DNA of 64,000 nt, from the NCBI GenBank assembly GCA_965205505.1, contig CBDBHB010000009.1:2912001-2976000 (forward strand), written 5' to 3'. The stretch is from Acidobacteriota bacterium (GTDB taxonomy: Bacteria > Acidobacteriota > UBA890 > WLXD01). Every line of letters starts with the position of its first letter. Within the stretch, counting starts at the first letter, position 1. Shown here piece by piece: positions 30,255 through 41,360 of this stretch. The notes below the pieces were generated by a model. The model saw only the letters and a list, made by a program, of their open reading frames with translations, had not been told where the DNA came from and ran no database searches. The position numbers were made by a program, and so were the translations under genes.

Positions 30255-31000
30255 CGCGCCTCACGCGGCGTCTGCCGCAGGGCCAGCCGCTTCAAGACGG
30301 TCTCCTCACGCTTGCTTAGCCTTCGGTACGACGCGGGCTGCAGATCACCGAGCCTGACGGGGCCGATCCGCGTGCGAACCAGCTTCTCCACGCGGTGGCC
30401 GATATCGCCGAACATCCGTCGAATCTGGTTCTTCTTCCCCTCGTGAAGGATCACGCGGAACACGGATTCCTGTGGCGCGGATCCTGGCAAGGCCTCGATG
30501 GTGCACGGTAACAGATGGCGCCCACTCAGCCGCGCACCGGCGCGCAACTGAGCGAGGTCGGCTCCGGCCGGGACCCCACGGACGTGCACTCTATAGACTT
30601 TTTCCACCGCGCCGCCCGGTCGAGTCATGGCCTGCATGAGCTCCCCGTCGTTGGTCAACAGGATGAGCCCCTCGCTCTCGCGGTCGAGTCGGCCCGCCGG
30701 GTAGACTCGCTCTTCGATGTCGTTTCCCAGTAGATCGGTAACGACGCGCTCCGCATACGGGTCGCGAACCGAGCTCACCACCCCCCACGGCTTGTTGAGC
30801 GCCAGGTATACGCGCCGTGGACGTGGCAAGGGGCGGCCGTCAACGCGCACATCATCAAGGTCGACGTCGGCTTTGGCGCCGAGATCGGAGATCACGGCGC
30901 CATTTACCGTTACCCGACCGCTGACTATCATTCCCTCGGCCTTGCGGCGCGAAGTGAGCCCGGCGGCAGCGATGAGCTTCTGGAGTCGCGCCGAGGGCAT
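30251..31000 (-). CDS. rluB: rRNA pseudouridine synthase (RluB/RsuA family)
   Basis: S4 domain RLQKLIA..SRRKAE, GRLDRESEG, EGKKNQIRRM. Confidence 0.9.
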   Translation of the reverse strand: MPSARLQKLIAAAGLTSRRKAEGMIVSGRVTVNGAVISDLGAKADVDLDDVRVDGRPLPRPRRVYLALNKPWGVVSSVRDPYAERVVTDLLGNDIEERVYPAGRLDRESEGLILLTNDGELMQAMTRPGGAVEKVYRVHVRGVPAGADLAQLRAGARLSGRHLLPCTIEALPGSAPQESVFRVILHEGKKNQIRRMFGDIGHRVEKLVRTRIGPVRLGDLQPASYRRLSKREETVLKRLALRQTPREAR

Positions 31001-31012
31001 CGAAGAGGGCGC

Positions 31013-31585
31013 TCAGGCTTCGAGCAGCTCTTGGAACTCCTTCTCCGACGGCAGCTCCTTGAGGTCTCGGAGGCCGAAGAGCTCCAGAAAGCGATCTGTG
31101 GTGCCATACGTAAACGGACGCCCAACCGCTAGGCGCCGGCCAGTGATTCGCACCAGGCGCAGATCGCGCAGCCGCCGTAGGGCGGCCCCGGGGTCCTTGC
31201 CACGGATCGCGTGGATCTCGGCGAGTGTGGTGGGCTGGCGGTAGGCGACCACGGCCAGTGTTTCGAGCACGGGAAGCGATAGCTGAGTGGGCCGTTCGAC
31301 CTGTCGCAGCAGACGGATAGCCCCGTCGAAACGCGGGCGGGTACCGAGACGGTATCCTCGCGCGATCTCCACGACTTGTAATGCCGAGGCGGTGGCTCGA
31401 TAGCGCTCCTCGAGCTCCAGGCATGCCGAGCGCACCGTGTCCACGTCGAAGTCATCGTCCCCGGCCCGGTCACATGCCTCCGCGACGAGCTCCATCAACT
31501 TGTCTGCCGATACCGGCTCATCGGCGGCATAGAGCACGGCTTCGATGGTGCCGATCAGCGCATCGGAACCCGGGGACGCGGTCAT
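31013..31585 (-). CDS. scpB: SMC-Scp complex subunit ScpB
   Basis: IEAVLY, LETLAVVAYRQP, YGTT..FLELFGL..L.ELP. Confidence 0.94.
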   Translation of the reverse strand: MTASPGSDALIGTIEAVLYAADEPVSADKLMELVAEACDRAGDDDFDVDTVRSACLELEERYRATASALQVVEIARGYRLGTRPRFDGAIRLLRQVERPTQLSLPVLETLAVVAYRQPTTLAEIHAIRGKDPGAALRRLRDLRLVRITGRRLAVGRPFTYGTTDRFLELFGLRDLKELPSEKEFQELLEA

Positions 31586-32349
31586 GCGGTCGTCTCGTTC
31601 GGGCTTACGTCGTCGTCAGCGTCAGCGGAAAAGACCAGGATCGTGCCCAGCGGTCCGTCCTGGAACGCGCGCACCGCAGATCCGCGGATCAGGTCCAGTA
31701 GTGCCAGGAAGGTCGCGATCAGCTTGCCGCGCGGTGCGCCTGACTCGAAGAGCTCTAGGAACGGTATGGGCATGCCGGCGGCGAGCTTGGCATGGATCTC
31801 GGCGGAACATTCGGCCACGGAGAACTTCTCACGTGCAACCTCGAAGCTGGCGGGCTCCGCTAAGCCAGCCACGACATTGCGGAACGCCGTCACCAGAGTG
31901 AACAGGTCGGCCTCGACGATCTCAGTGTCGCTGGCCTCGATGCCGGCGGGACTGACCTCGCCTCGGAACCACACCGCCGCGGCTTGGCTCTCGCGGTGAC
32001 GTAGCTGCTGCGCTGCCAAGCGGACGACTTGGTGCTCGACGAGTTGCTGGAGCAGCGCAGTTTCTTCTTGCGCGGCGAGCTCAGGGTCTTCCGGAACCGC
32101 CGGACGCGGCAGCAGCGCCCGGGCCTTGAATCGCATCAACGTGGCCGCGACCTCTAGAAACTCTGCAGCCGGCTCCAACTCGAGCTCGGCCATGAGCTCG
32201 AGCGTCTCGACATACTCACCGGTGATCTGCGCCAACGGCACCTGTTCGATCGGAACCTCGTGGCGTCGTACCAAGTGGAGCAGTAGGTCGAGCGGCCCGT
32301 TGAAAGACTCCGTGTGAACGAGAAACGGGTTCGATTTCTCGTCGGCCAC
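31582..32349 (-). CDS. scpA: SMC-Scp complex kleisin ScpA
   Basis: FNGPLDLLLHLV, TFLALLDL. Confidence 0.93.
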   Translation of the reverse strand: MADEKSNPFLVHTESFNGPLDLLLHLVRRHEVPIEQVPLAQITGEYVETLELMAELELEPAAEFLEVAATLMRFKARALLPRPAVPEDPELAAQEETALLQQLVEHQVVRLAAQQLRHRESQAAAVWFRGEVSPAGIEASDTEIVEADLFTLVTAFRNVVAGLAEPASFEVAREKFSVAECSAEIHAKLAAGMPIPFLELFESGAPRGKLIATFLALLDLIRGSAVRAFQDGPLGTILVFSADADDDVSPNETTA

Positions 32350-32365
32350 GATCGGACCGTCGCGT

Positions 32366-33016
32366 CTATCCGAGACCCGCAAGGGTCTGCCCTAAACGGA
32401 TCACCGGCAAGACGAACGCCCGCAAGGCGCCGAGCCATATCAGCGCGATCAGGATGAAGAAGCCATACGGCTGTATGGAGCGGTAGAACTGCTCGACCGG
32501 GCCGGACAGGGTGGCCGAGAGGATCCACGAGCCGTCCAGTGGGGGGATTGGGATCATGTTGAAGGCGGCGAGCAGCAAATTGATCAGCAAGGAAGCCACC
32601 AACAACTGTAGGACCGGCAGAAACACGCTCGCTGAGACAACGCCGACGAGTACTTCTTGGTTGGCGCGCATCAAACGTATCAAAATCACGCAAATCGCCG
32701 CCAAGAGCACGTTGCTCAGCGGTCCCGCGGCGGCAATCCAGGCGTGATCCCGCTTCGGACGGGCCAGGTTGGCCGTATTGACTGGCACCGGCTTGGCGGC
32801 GCCGAACGGTGGCAGCCCGGCGAACATCATCATGGCCGGGAACAAGATCGTCATGATCGGATCGATATGGGCGATCGGGTTCATGGTCACTCGGCCAAGA
32901 ATCCGTGCCGTCGGGTCGCCGAGTCGGTCGGCCGACCAGGCGTGCGCCGCTTCGTGAAACGAGATCGCGAACAGCAGCGCGACGATCTGGGTGGCGATGA
33001 GGCCGGCTCCCTCCAT
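32366..33016 (-). CDS. Site-2 protease, M50 family
   Basis: HEAAH, AAAGPLSN, FNMIPIPPLDG. Confidence 0.92.
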   Translation of the reverse strand: MEGAGLIATQIVALLFAISFHEAAHAWSADRLGDPTARILGRVTMNPIAHIDPIMTILFPAMMMFAGLPPFGAAKPVPVNTANLARPKRDHAWIAAAGPLSNVLLAAICVILIRLMRANQEVLVGVVSASVFLPVLQLLVASLLINLLLAAFNMIPIPPLDGSWILSATLSGPVEQFYRSIQPYGFFILIALIWLGALRAFVLPVIRLGQTLAGLG

Positions 33017-33025
33017 AGTGTGATG

Positions 33026-34834
33026 CTATCTCGGGTGTCGGGTCCGTGCTAGAACGGCCCGGATCGACCCGGCGAGCTTAGTGCCGACGACCTCGGCCAA
33101 TTCCGCCTCGGAGGCCTTGCGCACCCCGGCAAGGGACCCGAACTTGCGGAGCAAAGCGCGTTGGCGCCGCGGTCCGACGCCGGGAATCTCGGTCAGTTCA
33201 GACCGGAGTACCGACTTGCTACGCAGCGAACGATGGTAGGTGATCGCAAAGCGGTGGGCCTCGTCGCGTACTCTCTGCACCAGCTTGAGCGCATCCGGAT
33301 GCGGCCGTAACGGAACGGGATCGGTGCGCTCTGCGACGAAGAGCTTCTCCTCGCCCTTCTCGATTGCGGCCACCGCCTGCTGCTGCATGCCGAGCTCGGT
33401 CAACGCCGCGTACGCCGATGACAGTTGCCCCCTGCCACCGTCGATCAACAACAGGTCGGGGGGTGGTAGCTCGCCGTCGAGCACCCGCCGAAAGTGTCGC
33501 CGGACTATCTGGGCAATGGACTCGAAGTCGTCCTGTCCAGCCAAATCGCGGATGCGGAACCGTTTGTAGCTCGATTTGTCGGGCCTACCATCGCGCAGCG
33601 ACACCAAGCTGGCAACGATCTGTCCGCCTTGCAGATTCGAGACGTCAACACACTGGATCAGCTGCGGCGGATGGTCCAAGTCGAGCAACTCCTGCAGCTT
33701 CTGCGCGCCGCGCTCTGCCTCGCCGCGCTCGTATCGATGCGCGTACGCGAGCTTGGCGTTCTGCACCACCAGCTCGAGCAATCGTCGCTTGGGCCCGCGC
33801 TGCGGAACTACCAACTTGACCGCTCCCCCACGAGCGTTCCGTAGCCACTCCATCAGCACGTCGGCCGAATCGAGTGCTGTTGGTACGCATATCTCGGGTG
33901 GAATCGTGGTGCCACCGTGGTAATACTGCTGCAGACTCGTAATCAGGAGTTCCCGCTCGTCCGCGCCCTTTACGTCATCCCAGAAGTACTGACGGCGCTC
34001 GACGACAAGGCCATCGCGCACCAGGAAGATCTGCAGCGCGGCGCGCCGCCCCTCGAGATAAAAGGCGAACAGGTCACGATTGCCGAGGTCTTTCGAGGCC
34101 ATCTTTTGCTCACGCGAGGAGGCTCGGACGGTCTCCAAGAGATCGCGATAGTGAGCGGCGCGCTCGAATTGCTGGGTTGATGACGCGCTCAGCATCTTGG
34201 CTTCCAGATCGCCCTCCAGATCTTCTCCCCTTCCCTGCAGAAACAGCTTCACCTCCTTGGCGATCTCCGAGTAGCGCTCTTCGTCGCAAAAGGCACGCAC
34301 GCACGGGCCGGCACACTCGCCGATGTCGTAGTAGAGGCAGGCGCGCTCCCACGAACCGTCGATGTCGATGTTGCACGGACGCAGACCGAAGTTGCGATAT
34401 ACCACCACCTGCATGAGGCGCGCCCGGGTGTTCGGGATGTAGGGACCGAAGTACTCATCGCCGTCCTGTTTCATGCCGCGTACCAGCTGCAGGCGAGGAA
34501 ACTTCTCGTTCTCGGTCAAGCGCAAGTACGGATAGTTCTTGTCGTCACGCAGGAGCACGTTGAACCGCGGTGCGCTCTGCTTGATGAGGCTGTTTTCGAG
34601 CGTCAGAGCCTCGACCTCGGAATCGGTCACGATCACCTCCACATCGACGGCTTCGTGGAGCATGCGCTGCTGACGGCGTTCCTCCCCGCCGCTGCTGAGA
34701 TGCGATCGCACGCGGTCACGAATACGGTTGGCTTTGCCGACGTAGATGGTGCGACCTCGAGCATCCTTGAAGAGGTAGACGCCCGGCTTGGTTGGCAGGT
34801 TGCCGACGAGCTCGCGGATGGCGTCGATCGGCAT
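33026..34834 (-). CDS. uvrC: Excinuclease ABC subunit C
   Basis: GIY-YIG (PGVYLF..YVGKA), LIDGGRGQ, RDEAHRFA, HhH tail. ATG at 34834. Confidence 0.96.
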   Translation of the reverse strand: MPIDAIRELVGNLPTKPGVYLFKDARGRTIYVGKANRIRDRVRSHLSSGGEERRQQRMLHEAVDVEVIVTDSEVEALTLENSLIKQSAPRFNVLLRDDKNYPYLRLTENEKFPRLQLVRGMKQDGDEYFGPYIPNTRARLMQVVVYRNFGLRPCNIDIDGSWERACLYYDIGECAGPCVRAFCDEERYSEIAKEVKLFLQGRGEDLEGDLEAKMLSASSTQQFERAAHYRDLLETVRASSREQKMASKDLGNRDLFAFYLEGRRAALQIFLVRDGLVVERRQYFWDDVKGADERELLITSLQQYYHGGTTIPPEICVPTALDSADVLMEWLRNARGGAVKLVVPQRGPKRRLLELVVQNAKLAYAHRYERGEAERGAQKLQELLDLDHPPQLIQCVDVSNLQGGQIVASLVSLRDGRPDKSSYKRFRIRDLAGQDDFESIAQIVRRHFRRVLDGELPPPDLLLIDGGRGQLSSAYAALTELGMQQQAVAAIEKGEEKLFVAERTDPVPLRPHPDALKLVQRVRDEAHRFAITYHRSLRSKSVLRSELTEIPGVGPRRQRALLRKFGSLAGVRKASEAELAEVVGTKLAGSIRAVLARTRHPR

Positions 34835-34856
34835 CAGGAGCGTTTTCGGCGGCGGT

Positions 34857-36863
34857 TCACGAGACGCCGAGCTGCCGCCGCCGGAGCTCCTGCATGCGGT
34901 CGCGAAGCTCGGCGGCCTGCTCGAAGTCGAGCTCCTCGGCGGCCGCCAACATCTGCTTCTCGAGCTCGCCAAGGCGCTCGTGTAGGCTCGCGACATCCAT
35001 CGGAAGCTCCGGCTCCTCCGCCACGTTGAGCTCGACGTAGTCGCGAGCATAGAACTGGCCAAAGGTGTCCGAGATCCGCTTCACTATGGTCTCGGGAACG
35101 ATGCCATGGTCGTCGTTGTAGGTCTGCTGGATGGCGCGCCGCCGAGTCGTCTCGTCGATGGCATGCTGCATCGACCCGGTAACGCGATCGGCATAGAAGA
35201 TGACCTTCCCGGCGACGTTACGAGCCGCGCGACCGGTCGTCTGGATGAGTGCCGTCGCCGACCGCAAGAAGCCTTCCTTGTCAGCGTCCAAGACAGCGAC
35301 GAGAGTTACTTCGGGTAGATCGAGTCCCTCGCGAAGCAAGTTCACACCAACCAAGACATCGAAGTCGCCGCGGCGGAAGTCACGCAGCAACTTGATGCGG
35401 TCGAGAGTATCGATGTCGCTGTGCAGATAACGTACGCGAACGCCCAGATCACCGTAGTAGTCGGTGAGCTCCTCGGACATGCGCTTGGTAAGCGTCGTCA
35501 CCAGCACGCGCTCGGAGCGGTCCACACGAGTGCGCACCTCCGCCAGCAGATCATCTACTTGCCCGGCAGCCGGGCGCACGTCAACATCCGGGTCGGTCAA
35601 CCCGGTGGGCCGGATGATCTGCTCGACTACGACCCCGCCGCTTTCCTCGAGCTCCCAGGGCCCCGGAGTGGCCGACACGTGGATGGTCTGCCCGACGAGG
35701 CCCTGAAACTCGTCGAAGTTCAGGGGCCGATTGTCTAGGGCCGAGGGCAGACGGAACCCGTGCTCAACCAGAGTGCTCTTGCGCGATCGGTCGCCCACGT
35801 ACATGCCCCGCAGCTGCGGCACCGTCATGTGTGATTCGTCGATGAAGACGATGTGATCCTCGGGCAGGTACTCGATCAGCGTCGGCGGCGGTTCGCCTGG
35901 CTCTCGACCCGTCAGGTGTCGCGAGTAGTTTTCGACACCGTGGCAGTAGCCCACCGTCTGCATCATCTCCAGATCGAACATCGTGCGTTGATGCAACCGC
36001 TGGGCCTCCAGCATCTTGCCCTCGGACTGGAGCTTCGGCAGCCAGTCATCGAGCTCCGCCTTGATCGTTTCGATCGCCTCGGTCCGACGTTCCAGGGTGG
36101 TTACGTAGTGCGATGCCGGAAAGAGGCCGAGCTTCGTGTGCTGGCGCAGTGTCTCCCCCATCAACGGGTCGACCTCGGCCAGCCCGACGATCTCCGCATC
36201 ATCGAACGTGACGCGCAACGCGTCCTCGCCGTAGGTGGGGAGAACCTCGACTTCTTCGCCGCGCACGCGAAAGCTGCCACGTTCGAGACCGTGCGCACGC
36301 CTTGTGTAGTGCAATTCCACGAGGTGCCGCAGGAAATCCTGCCGGTCCAGACGCGCTCCCACCTCCAACGACAGCATGAGCCCGTAGTACGAATCCGGTG
36401 CACCGAGACCGTAAATACAGGACACCGACGCCACGATCACGACATCACGACGGCTCCACAGAGACCGCGTCGCCGAGTGCCGCATGCGATCGATCTCTTC
36501 GTTGATCAGCGTCTCCTTGGCGATGTACGTATCGGTCGACGGAAGGTAGGCCTCGGGCTGGTAGTAGTCGTAGTAGGAGACGAAATACTCCACCGCGTTG
36601 TCGGGGAAGAAGTCACGAAACTCCTGGTACAGTTGCGCCGCCAGCGTCTTGTTGTGTGCGATGACCAGGGCGGGCCGCTGCCGGCGCGCGATGATCTGCG
36701 CCATCGTGAAGGTCTTGCCGGAACCGGTGACCCCAAGCAGGACCTGGTTCGCCACGCCCGCCGCGAGCCCCGCCTCGAGCTCCTCGATGGCCTGAGGCTG
36801 ATCGCCTTGCGGGTCGAAATCAGCTTGCAGGCGGAACTGGTCCGCGGCGATCGTCGAGCTCAT
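34857..36863 (-). CDS. uvrB: Excinuclease ABC subunit B
   Basis: [32 protein letters not shown] at 36863. Confidence 0.97.
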   Translation of the reverse strand: MSSTIAADQFRLQADFDPQGDQPQAIEELEAGLAAGVANQVLLGVTGSGKTFTMAQIIARRQRPALVIAHNKTLAAQLYQEFRDFFPDNAVEYFVSYYDYYQPEAYLPSTDTYIAKETLINEEIDRMRHSATRSLWSRRDVVIVASVSCIYGLGAPDSYYGLMLSLEVGARLDRQDFLRHLVELHYTRRAHGLERGSFRVRGEEVEVLPTYGEDALRVTFDDAEIVGLAEVDPLMGETLRQHTKLGLFPASHYVTTLERRTEAIETIKAELDDWLPKLQSEGKMLEAQRLHQRTMFDLEMMQTVGYCHGVENYSRHLTGREPGEPPPTLIEYLPEDHIVFIDESHMTVPQLRGMYVGDRSRKSTLVEHGFRLPSALDNRPLNFDEFQGLVGQTIHVSATPGPWELEESGGVVVEQIIRPTGLTDPDVDVRPAAGQVDDLLAEVRTRVDRSERVLVTTLTKRMSEELTDYYGDLGVRVRYLHSDIDTLDRIKLLRDFRRGDFDVLVGVNLLREGLDLPEVTLVAVLDADKEGFLRSATALIQTTGRAARNVAGKVIFYADRVTGSMQHAIDETTRRRAIQQTYNDDHGIVPETIVKRISDTFGQFYARDYVELNVAEEPELPMDVASLHERLGELEKQMLAAAEELDFEQAAELRDRMQELRRRQLGVS

Positions 36864-36916
36864 CGAGAGACCCGCAGCGGGTGCGTCATTGCGCCGGCCA
36901 TCACACTGCGCGCGGT

Positions 36917-38101
36917 CTAACCTGCCGCCAACGCCGCACACGCCGTCTCGAGCCGGTCGAGCGCCTGCTCGAGCGTCTCCATCGACGTCGCATACGACAT
37001 GCGCAGGAAGCCGTCGCGGCCGAACGCTACCCCCGGAACGGTGACCACATGGGCATGATCGATGAAGTAGCCCGCCAACTCGGCAGATGTCGGGTACTGC
37101 TCTGAAAACAGCGCCGATACGTTCGGGAAGGCGTAGAAAGCGCCCTTCGGCTCGACACACTCCACGCCGGGAAGGGCGCGGATGCGCGGCAGAACTCGAT
37201 CTCGCCGTTCCGCGAACGTGGCCAACATCTTACGAACTGGCGTTTGATCGCCGGTCATCGCCTCCAGCGCAGCGTACTGGCTAACCGACGCAGGGTTCGA
37301 CGTAGTATGGCCCTGCAGGCGAACGCAGGCGGCGATGATCTCTCGCGGACCCGCGAGGTAGCCAATGCGCCATCCGGTCATCGCGTAGCTCTTTGAACAC
37401 GAGCCGCATACGACGGTGACGTCCTTGGCTTCTTCGCCCAAACACAAGGGGGTCACGTGCTCGGCACCCTCGTACACCAAAGTGGCGTAGCACTCATCTA
37501 CCAACAACAGCACACCGCGCTCGAGGGCGAGCTCGGCCAGCTTGAGCATTTCACCGCCGTCGATGACCGCGCCGCTGGGATTGTTCGGCGTGTTCACCAC
37601 GATCACGCGTGTGCGTTCCGTGCACGCTGCGGCGATGGTGTCGGCATGTAGCTCGAAGCCATCGGCCTCATCGGTGTCGACGATAACGGGTCGTCCGCCC
37701 GCCAGCTTGACCTGCTCCGGGATACTCACCCAGTAAGGTGTCGGGACGATCACTTCGTCGCCCGGGTCCAGCACGCTCATGAAGAAGTTGTGGAGGCCCT
37801 GTTTGCCACCCGCCGTGATCATGGTTTCGTCGGTTCGGTAGGGTATCCCGTCGCGCGAGCTATAGAGACTGGCAACTGCCTCGCGTAGCTCGGGAATACC
37901 GGCGACCGGGGTATAGCGGGTACGCCCTTCGCGGATTGCTCGGATGCCCGCCGCACAGATCGCTTCCGGTGTATCGAAGTCAGGCTGGCCGGGGCCGAGG
38001 TCGAGCACGTCGATCCCCTTGGCGCGAAGCTGGCGGGCCTTTTCGCTGGCGGCGAGCGTAGCCGACGCGCCAATGCGCGACACGGTGCTGCTGAGTCGCA
38101 A
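36917..38101 (-). CDS. Aspartate aminotransferase family (class I/II PLP)
   Basis: [31 protein letters not shown] start after AAAGGAG. Confidence 0.92.
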   Translation of the reverse strand: MRLSSTVSRIGASATLAASEKARQLRAKGIDVLDLGPGQPDFDTPEAICAAGIRAIREGRTRYTPVAGIPELREAVASLYSSRDGIPYRTDETMITAGGKQGLHNFFMSVLDPGDEVIVPTPYWVSIPEQVKLAGGRPVIVDTDEADGFELHADTIAAACTERTRVIVVNTPNNPSGAVIDGGEMLKLAELALERGVLLLVDECYATLVYEGAEHVTPLCLGEEAKDVTVVCGSCSKSYAMTGWRIGYLAGPREIIAACVRLQGHTTSNPASVSQYAALEAMTGDQTPVRKMLATFAERRDRVLPRIRALPGVECVEPKGAFYAFPNVSALFSEQYPTSAELAGYFIDHAHVVTVPGVAFGRDGFLRMSYATSMETLEQALDRLETACAALAAG

Positions 38102-38105
38102 GGCG

Positions 38106-38597
38106 TTACTCCTTTGGGCGGGTGAAATGCTCACGTAGCTGCTCCTCGACCTCGGCAGGGACCATGCCGGTCACGGTACCCCCGAGCTCGTAGATATCTT
38201 TGATCAAACTCGATGAGAGGTAGGTGTAGTCTTCGTGCGGCACCATGAACATGGTTTTGATCTGACCATCGAGGTGCCGGTTCATCATGGCCATCTGGAA
38301 CTCATACTCGAAATCCGTCACGGCGCGGAGACCGCGGATAATAACGCTGGCATCACGCTCCTGCGCCACCTTGACTAGTAGCCCATCGAAGCTGATCACC
38401 TCGATACGGTCGTCGTCAGCGAGCAGCCGATCGAGCATGGCCGTCCGTGCTGCGACCGGGAACGTCGCGTCCTTACGTGGGTTGCGTAGCACCGCCACAA
38501 TCAGACGCGGGAACACCTCCCGGGATCGCCGGATGATGTCCAGATGTCCGTTGGTGACGGGGTCGAACGACCCTGGGTAAATGGCAGCGGTGTTCAC
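38106..38597 (-). CDS. coaD: Phosphopantetheine adenylyltransferase
   Basis: YPGSFDPVTNGH, RGLRAVTDFEYE, LSSS. Confidence 0.96.
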   Translation of the reverse strand: MNTAAIYPGSFDPVTNGHLDIIRRSREVFPRLIVAVLRNPRKDATFPVAARTAMLDRLLADDDRIEVISFDGLLVKVAQERDASVIIRGLRAVTDFEYEFQMAMMNRHLDGQIKTMFMVPHEDYTYLSSSLIKDIYELGGTVTGMVPAEVEEQLREHFTRPKE

Positions 38598-38651
38598 GAT
38601 CTCGGACCCCGTTTGCGAGCCCACCCGCGATCCGTAGGCTACCGTCGCACT

Positions 38652-39221
38652 TTAGCAGGGCGCACCGTCGGGCTCTACGCGGGTACAGATCAGAAATACT
38701 GTCTCCCCTATCCGTAGGGTTCGCACCGCCGACCATTCTTCAGACAGCTCGGCGCTTTCGTCGCGCCGCTGCTCCAGAACCACGCGAGCACCCTGGGCGT
38801 CGAGCCCATGTGTGCTCAGCAGGGTGAGGCACTCTGTGCCCCGCCCCGAACCGTACTCCGGGTCGATGAAAACAAGATCGTACGAAAGCTTGCTGGCTCC
38901 GAGCCGACGCAGCGCGGCGCGATAGTCGGCGGTGATTACCTCGCACTCGGACTCGAGCTGGCAGCGAGCGATGTTGGCGCGTAGCGCCGCGGCCACCTTG
39001 CGGTGGCGCTCGACAAAGGTGGCGCTGCGCGCTCCACGGCTTACGGCCTCGAGGCCCAGGGCCCCGGAACCGGCGAACAGGTCGAGCACACGAGCCCCAT
39101 CCAAGAGCGGCTGCAGCACGCTGAAAAGCGTCTCCCTGGCGCGATCGGTGGTGGGGCGTACTCCAGCCAGATCAGGGACTTGAAGCCGCCGCCCTCGCGC
39201 CCGCCCGGCGATGACTCGCAT
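38652..39221 (-). CDS. rsmD: 16S rRNA m2G966 methyltransferase RsmD
   Basis: MRVIAG, RPTTDR, LDLFAGSGALGLEA.SRGA. Confidence 0.93.
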   Translation of the reverse strand: MRVIAGRARGRRLQVPDLAGVRPTTDRARETLFSVLQPLLDGARVLDLFAGSGALGLEAVSRGARSATFVERHRKVAAALRANIARCQLESECEVITADYRAALRRLGASKLSYDLVFIDPEYGSGRGTECLTLLSTHGLDAQGARVVLEQRRDESAELSEEWSAVRTLRIGETVFLICTRVEPDGAPC

Positions 39222-41302
39222 CAACCCGCCCGAGCCAGCCGCATACGTGTACGCCAGGCGCTACGCAGCTGGTCGCGATAGCGAGTCGCGGCCGCGTCAT
39301 CGCTCTGGACCAAGGTACGTGCGATGTCTCGAGCTTCTTCGACCCAGTCCGCATGCGCATAGGGGTCCCCGATTCGCAGCTCCACGGGGCCGGCCTGGCG
39401 TGTGCCGAGCACTTCGCCGGGGCCGCGCAGCCGCAGGTCTTCCTCGGCGATACGGAACCCGTCGTGCGTATCGCACAGCGTACGCAAGCGCTGCGTCGCG
39501 TTCTCGCTCAGAGTGCCGCGCGAGATCAACCAGCAACGGCCCGGGAGCGCTCCCCTGCCGACGCGACCCCGCAGCTGATGCAGTTGCGCCAGACCGAAGC
39601 GTTCGGCGCCCTCGATCACCATCAACGTTGCCTCGGGTACATCGACGCCAACCTCGATCACCGTCGTTGCTACGAGCACCGGGGTGTCCCCGGCGATAAA
39701 CCGGCGCATCGCACGCGCCTTACCTTCTCCGTCCAGATCGCCGTGCACCAGACCGACGCCGACATCCGGAATCCGCTCCTGTAGCTGCCGAGCCAGCTCC
39801 ACGGCCGAGATGCCGCTCGCAGCGGATTCGTCGATGCGTGGCGCCACGACGAAGGCGCGTTCTCCGGCCCTGGCAACTCGTCGAAGCTCGCGATCCACCG
39901 CACCGAGCTCGGCTTCGCGCATCCACCGCGTCGTTACCGCGGCACGCCCCGGGGGTAGCTCGTCGATTCGGCTCACCTCGAGATCGCCGTACAAGGCCAG
40001 CGCCAGGCTCCGAGGGATGGGCGTGGCGGTCATCACCAGCAGGTCGGGATGGGCGTCTTGCTGACGTCCTTTCGACCCGAGCAAGGCTCGCTGAGCAACA
40101 CCGAAGCGGTGCTGTTCGTCGACCACCACGAGGCCGAGCCGCTTGAATCGCACCTGCGGCTGCAGCAAGGCCTGGGTGCCGACAACGGCTTTGCAGCGTC
40201 CGTCCTCGAGGGCCGCGAGAACCTCGCGGCGGTGGGCGCCATCGGTGGCCGCGGTCAATGACGCGACCTCGATGCCGAGTTTGGCGCTCCAAGCTTGCAG
40301 GTTCCGCGCGTGCTGGTCGGCGACAATGGCGCTCGGCACCAGCAGTGCCGCCTGCTCGCCATGCAACGCCACAGCGAACATGGCGCACGCCGCTACAGCC
40401 GTCTTGCCGCAACCCACATCGCCCTGCAGCAGCCGGTGCATCGAGCTTGGATCACAGAGGTCGGCCATGATCTGGCTCGTGCAGCGCTGCTGCGCTGCGG
40501 TCATCCGAAACGGCAATGTCGCCTCGATACGCCGTCGGCTGTTCTCGTCGATGCGGCGCTCGATGCCGGGCTCGCTTGCGGCACGTCGGCGCTGCAGCAT
40601 GAGGGCCGCCTGGTAGTCGATGAATTCCTGCATGATGAGGCGGCGGTGAGCCGGCGAGCGGCGGGCGTTCCATATCTCGAGGTCGGCGTCGGCTGGCGGG
40701 TAATGGACGTGTCGCAGCGCGGTGCCCAGATCGAGCAGCTTGCCCGGACCGACCAAGAACTCCGGCAATGGATCCAACAGCTCGTCTAGATCGTCGAGGG
40801 CCGCCACGAGCAGTCGACGCATGGCGCCCGAGCCGAGACCGCCGGCCCTCGGGTATACCGGAACGTGGCGTCCGATATGAGGAGATTCCTGGTCATCGTC
40901 CTCGACCAACTTGTGCACCGGGTTCACCATCTGCAGCCCACGGTCGTGTATGTGCGCGCGACCATATAGGCGCACGCGGCTGCCGACCGGGAGAGCATCG
41001 GCCACGTACGCTTGGTTGAACCAGACCGCATGGATCGAACCGCTGGCGTCGGTGGCACGCAGCTCGGCGCGCCGACGCCTCCCTGCGCCTCCTACGCGAC
41101 GGGATGAGCGCACCACGACTTCGACACAGGCCGCTTCGCCGACGACGAGATCGGAAACTGAGACGAGGCGCGAACGGTCCTCGTAGCGTCGCGGGAGAAA
41201 TGTCAGCAGGTCGCCCACCGTCAGCACCCCGGCGCGGCGCAGCTGGTCGGCTCGACGCGGGCCGACCCCGGAGACTGACTGGACTCCCTCCGCTAGCTGC
41301 AT
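39221..41302 (-). CDS. recG: ATP-dependent DNA helicase RecG
   Basis: LQGDVGCGKT, DEQHRFG, MTATPIPR, QLHQLRGRVGRG. Confidence 0.96.
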   Translation of the reverse strand: MQLAEGVQSVSGVGPRRADQLRRAGVLTVGDLLTFLPRRYEDRSRLVSVSDLVVGEAACVEVVVRSSRRVGGAGRRRRAELRATDASGSIHAVWFNQAYVADALPVGSRVRLYGRAHIHDRGLQMVNPVHKLVEDDDQESPHIGRHVPVYPRAGGLGSGAMRRLLVAALDDLDELLDPLPEFLVGPGKLLDLGTALRHVHYPPADADLEIWNARRSPAHRRLIMQEFIDYQAALMLQRRRAASEPGIERRIDENSRRRIEATLPFRMTAAQQRCTSQIMADLCDPSSMHRLLQGDVGCGKTAVAACAMFAVALHGEQAALLVPSAIVADQHARNLQAWSAKLGIEVASLTAATDGAHRREVLAALEDGRCKAVVGTQALLQPQVRFKRLGLVVVDEQHRFGVAQRALLGSKGRQQDAHPDLLVMTATPIPRSLALALYGDLEVSRIDELPPGRAAVTTRWMREAELGAVDRELRRVARAGERAFVVAPRIDESAASGISAVELARQLQERIPDVGVGLVHGDLDGEGKARAMRRFIAGDTPVLVATTVIEVGVDVPEATLMVIEGAERFGLAQLHQLRGRVGRGALPGRCWLISRGTLSENATQRLRTLCDTHDGFRIAEEDLRLRGPGEVLGTRQAGPVELRIGDPYAHADWVEEARDIARTLVQSDDAAATRYRDQLRSAWRTRMRLARAG

Positions 41303-41360
41303 GCGCCGTGCTCAGCGGCCTCAGGCGGCGACACGGGAGTGCCGAGGTCGCAGCGAAACC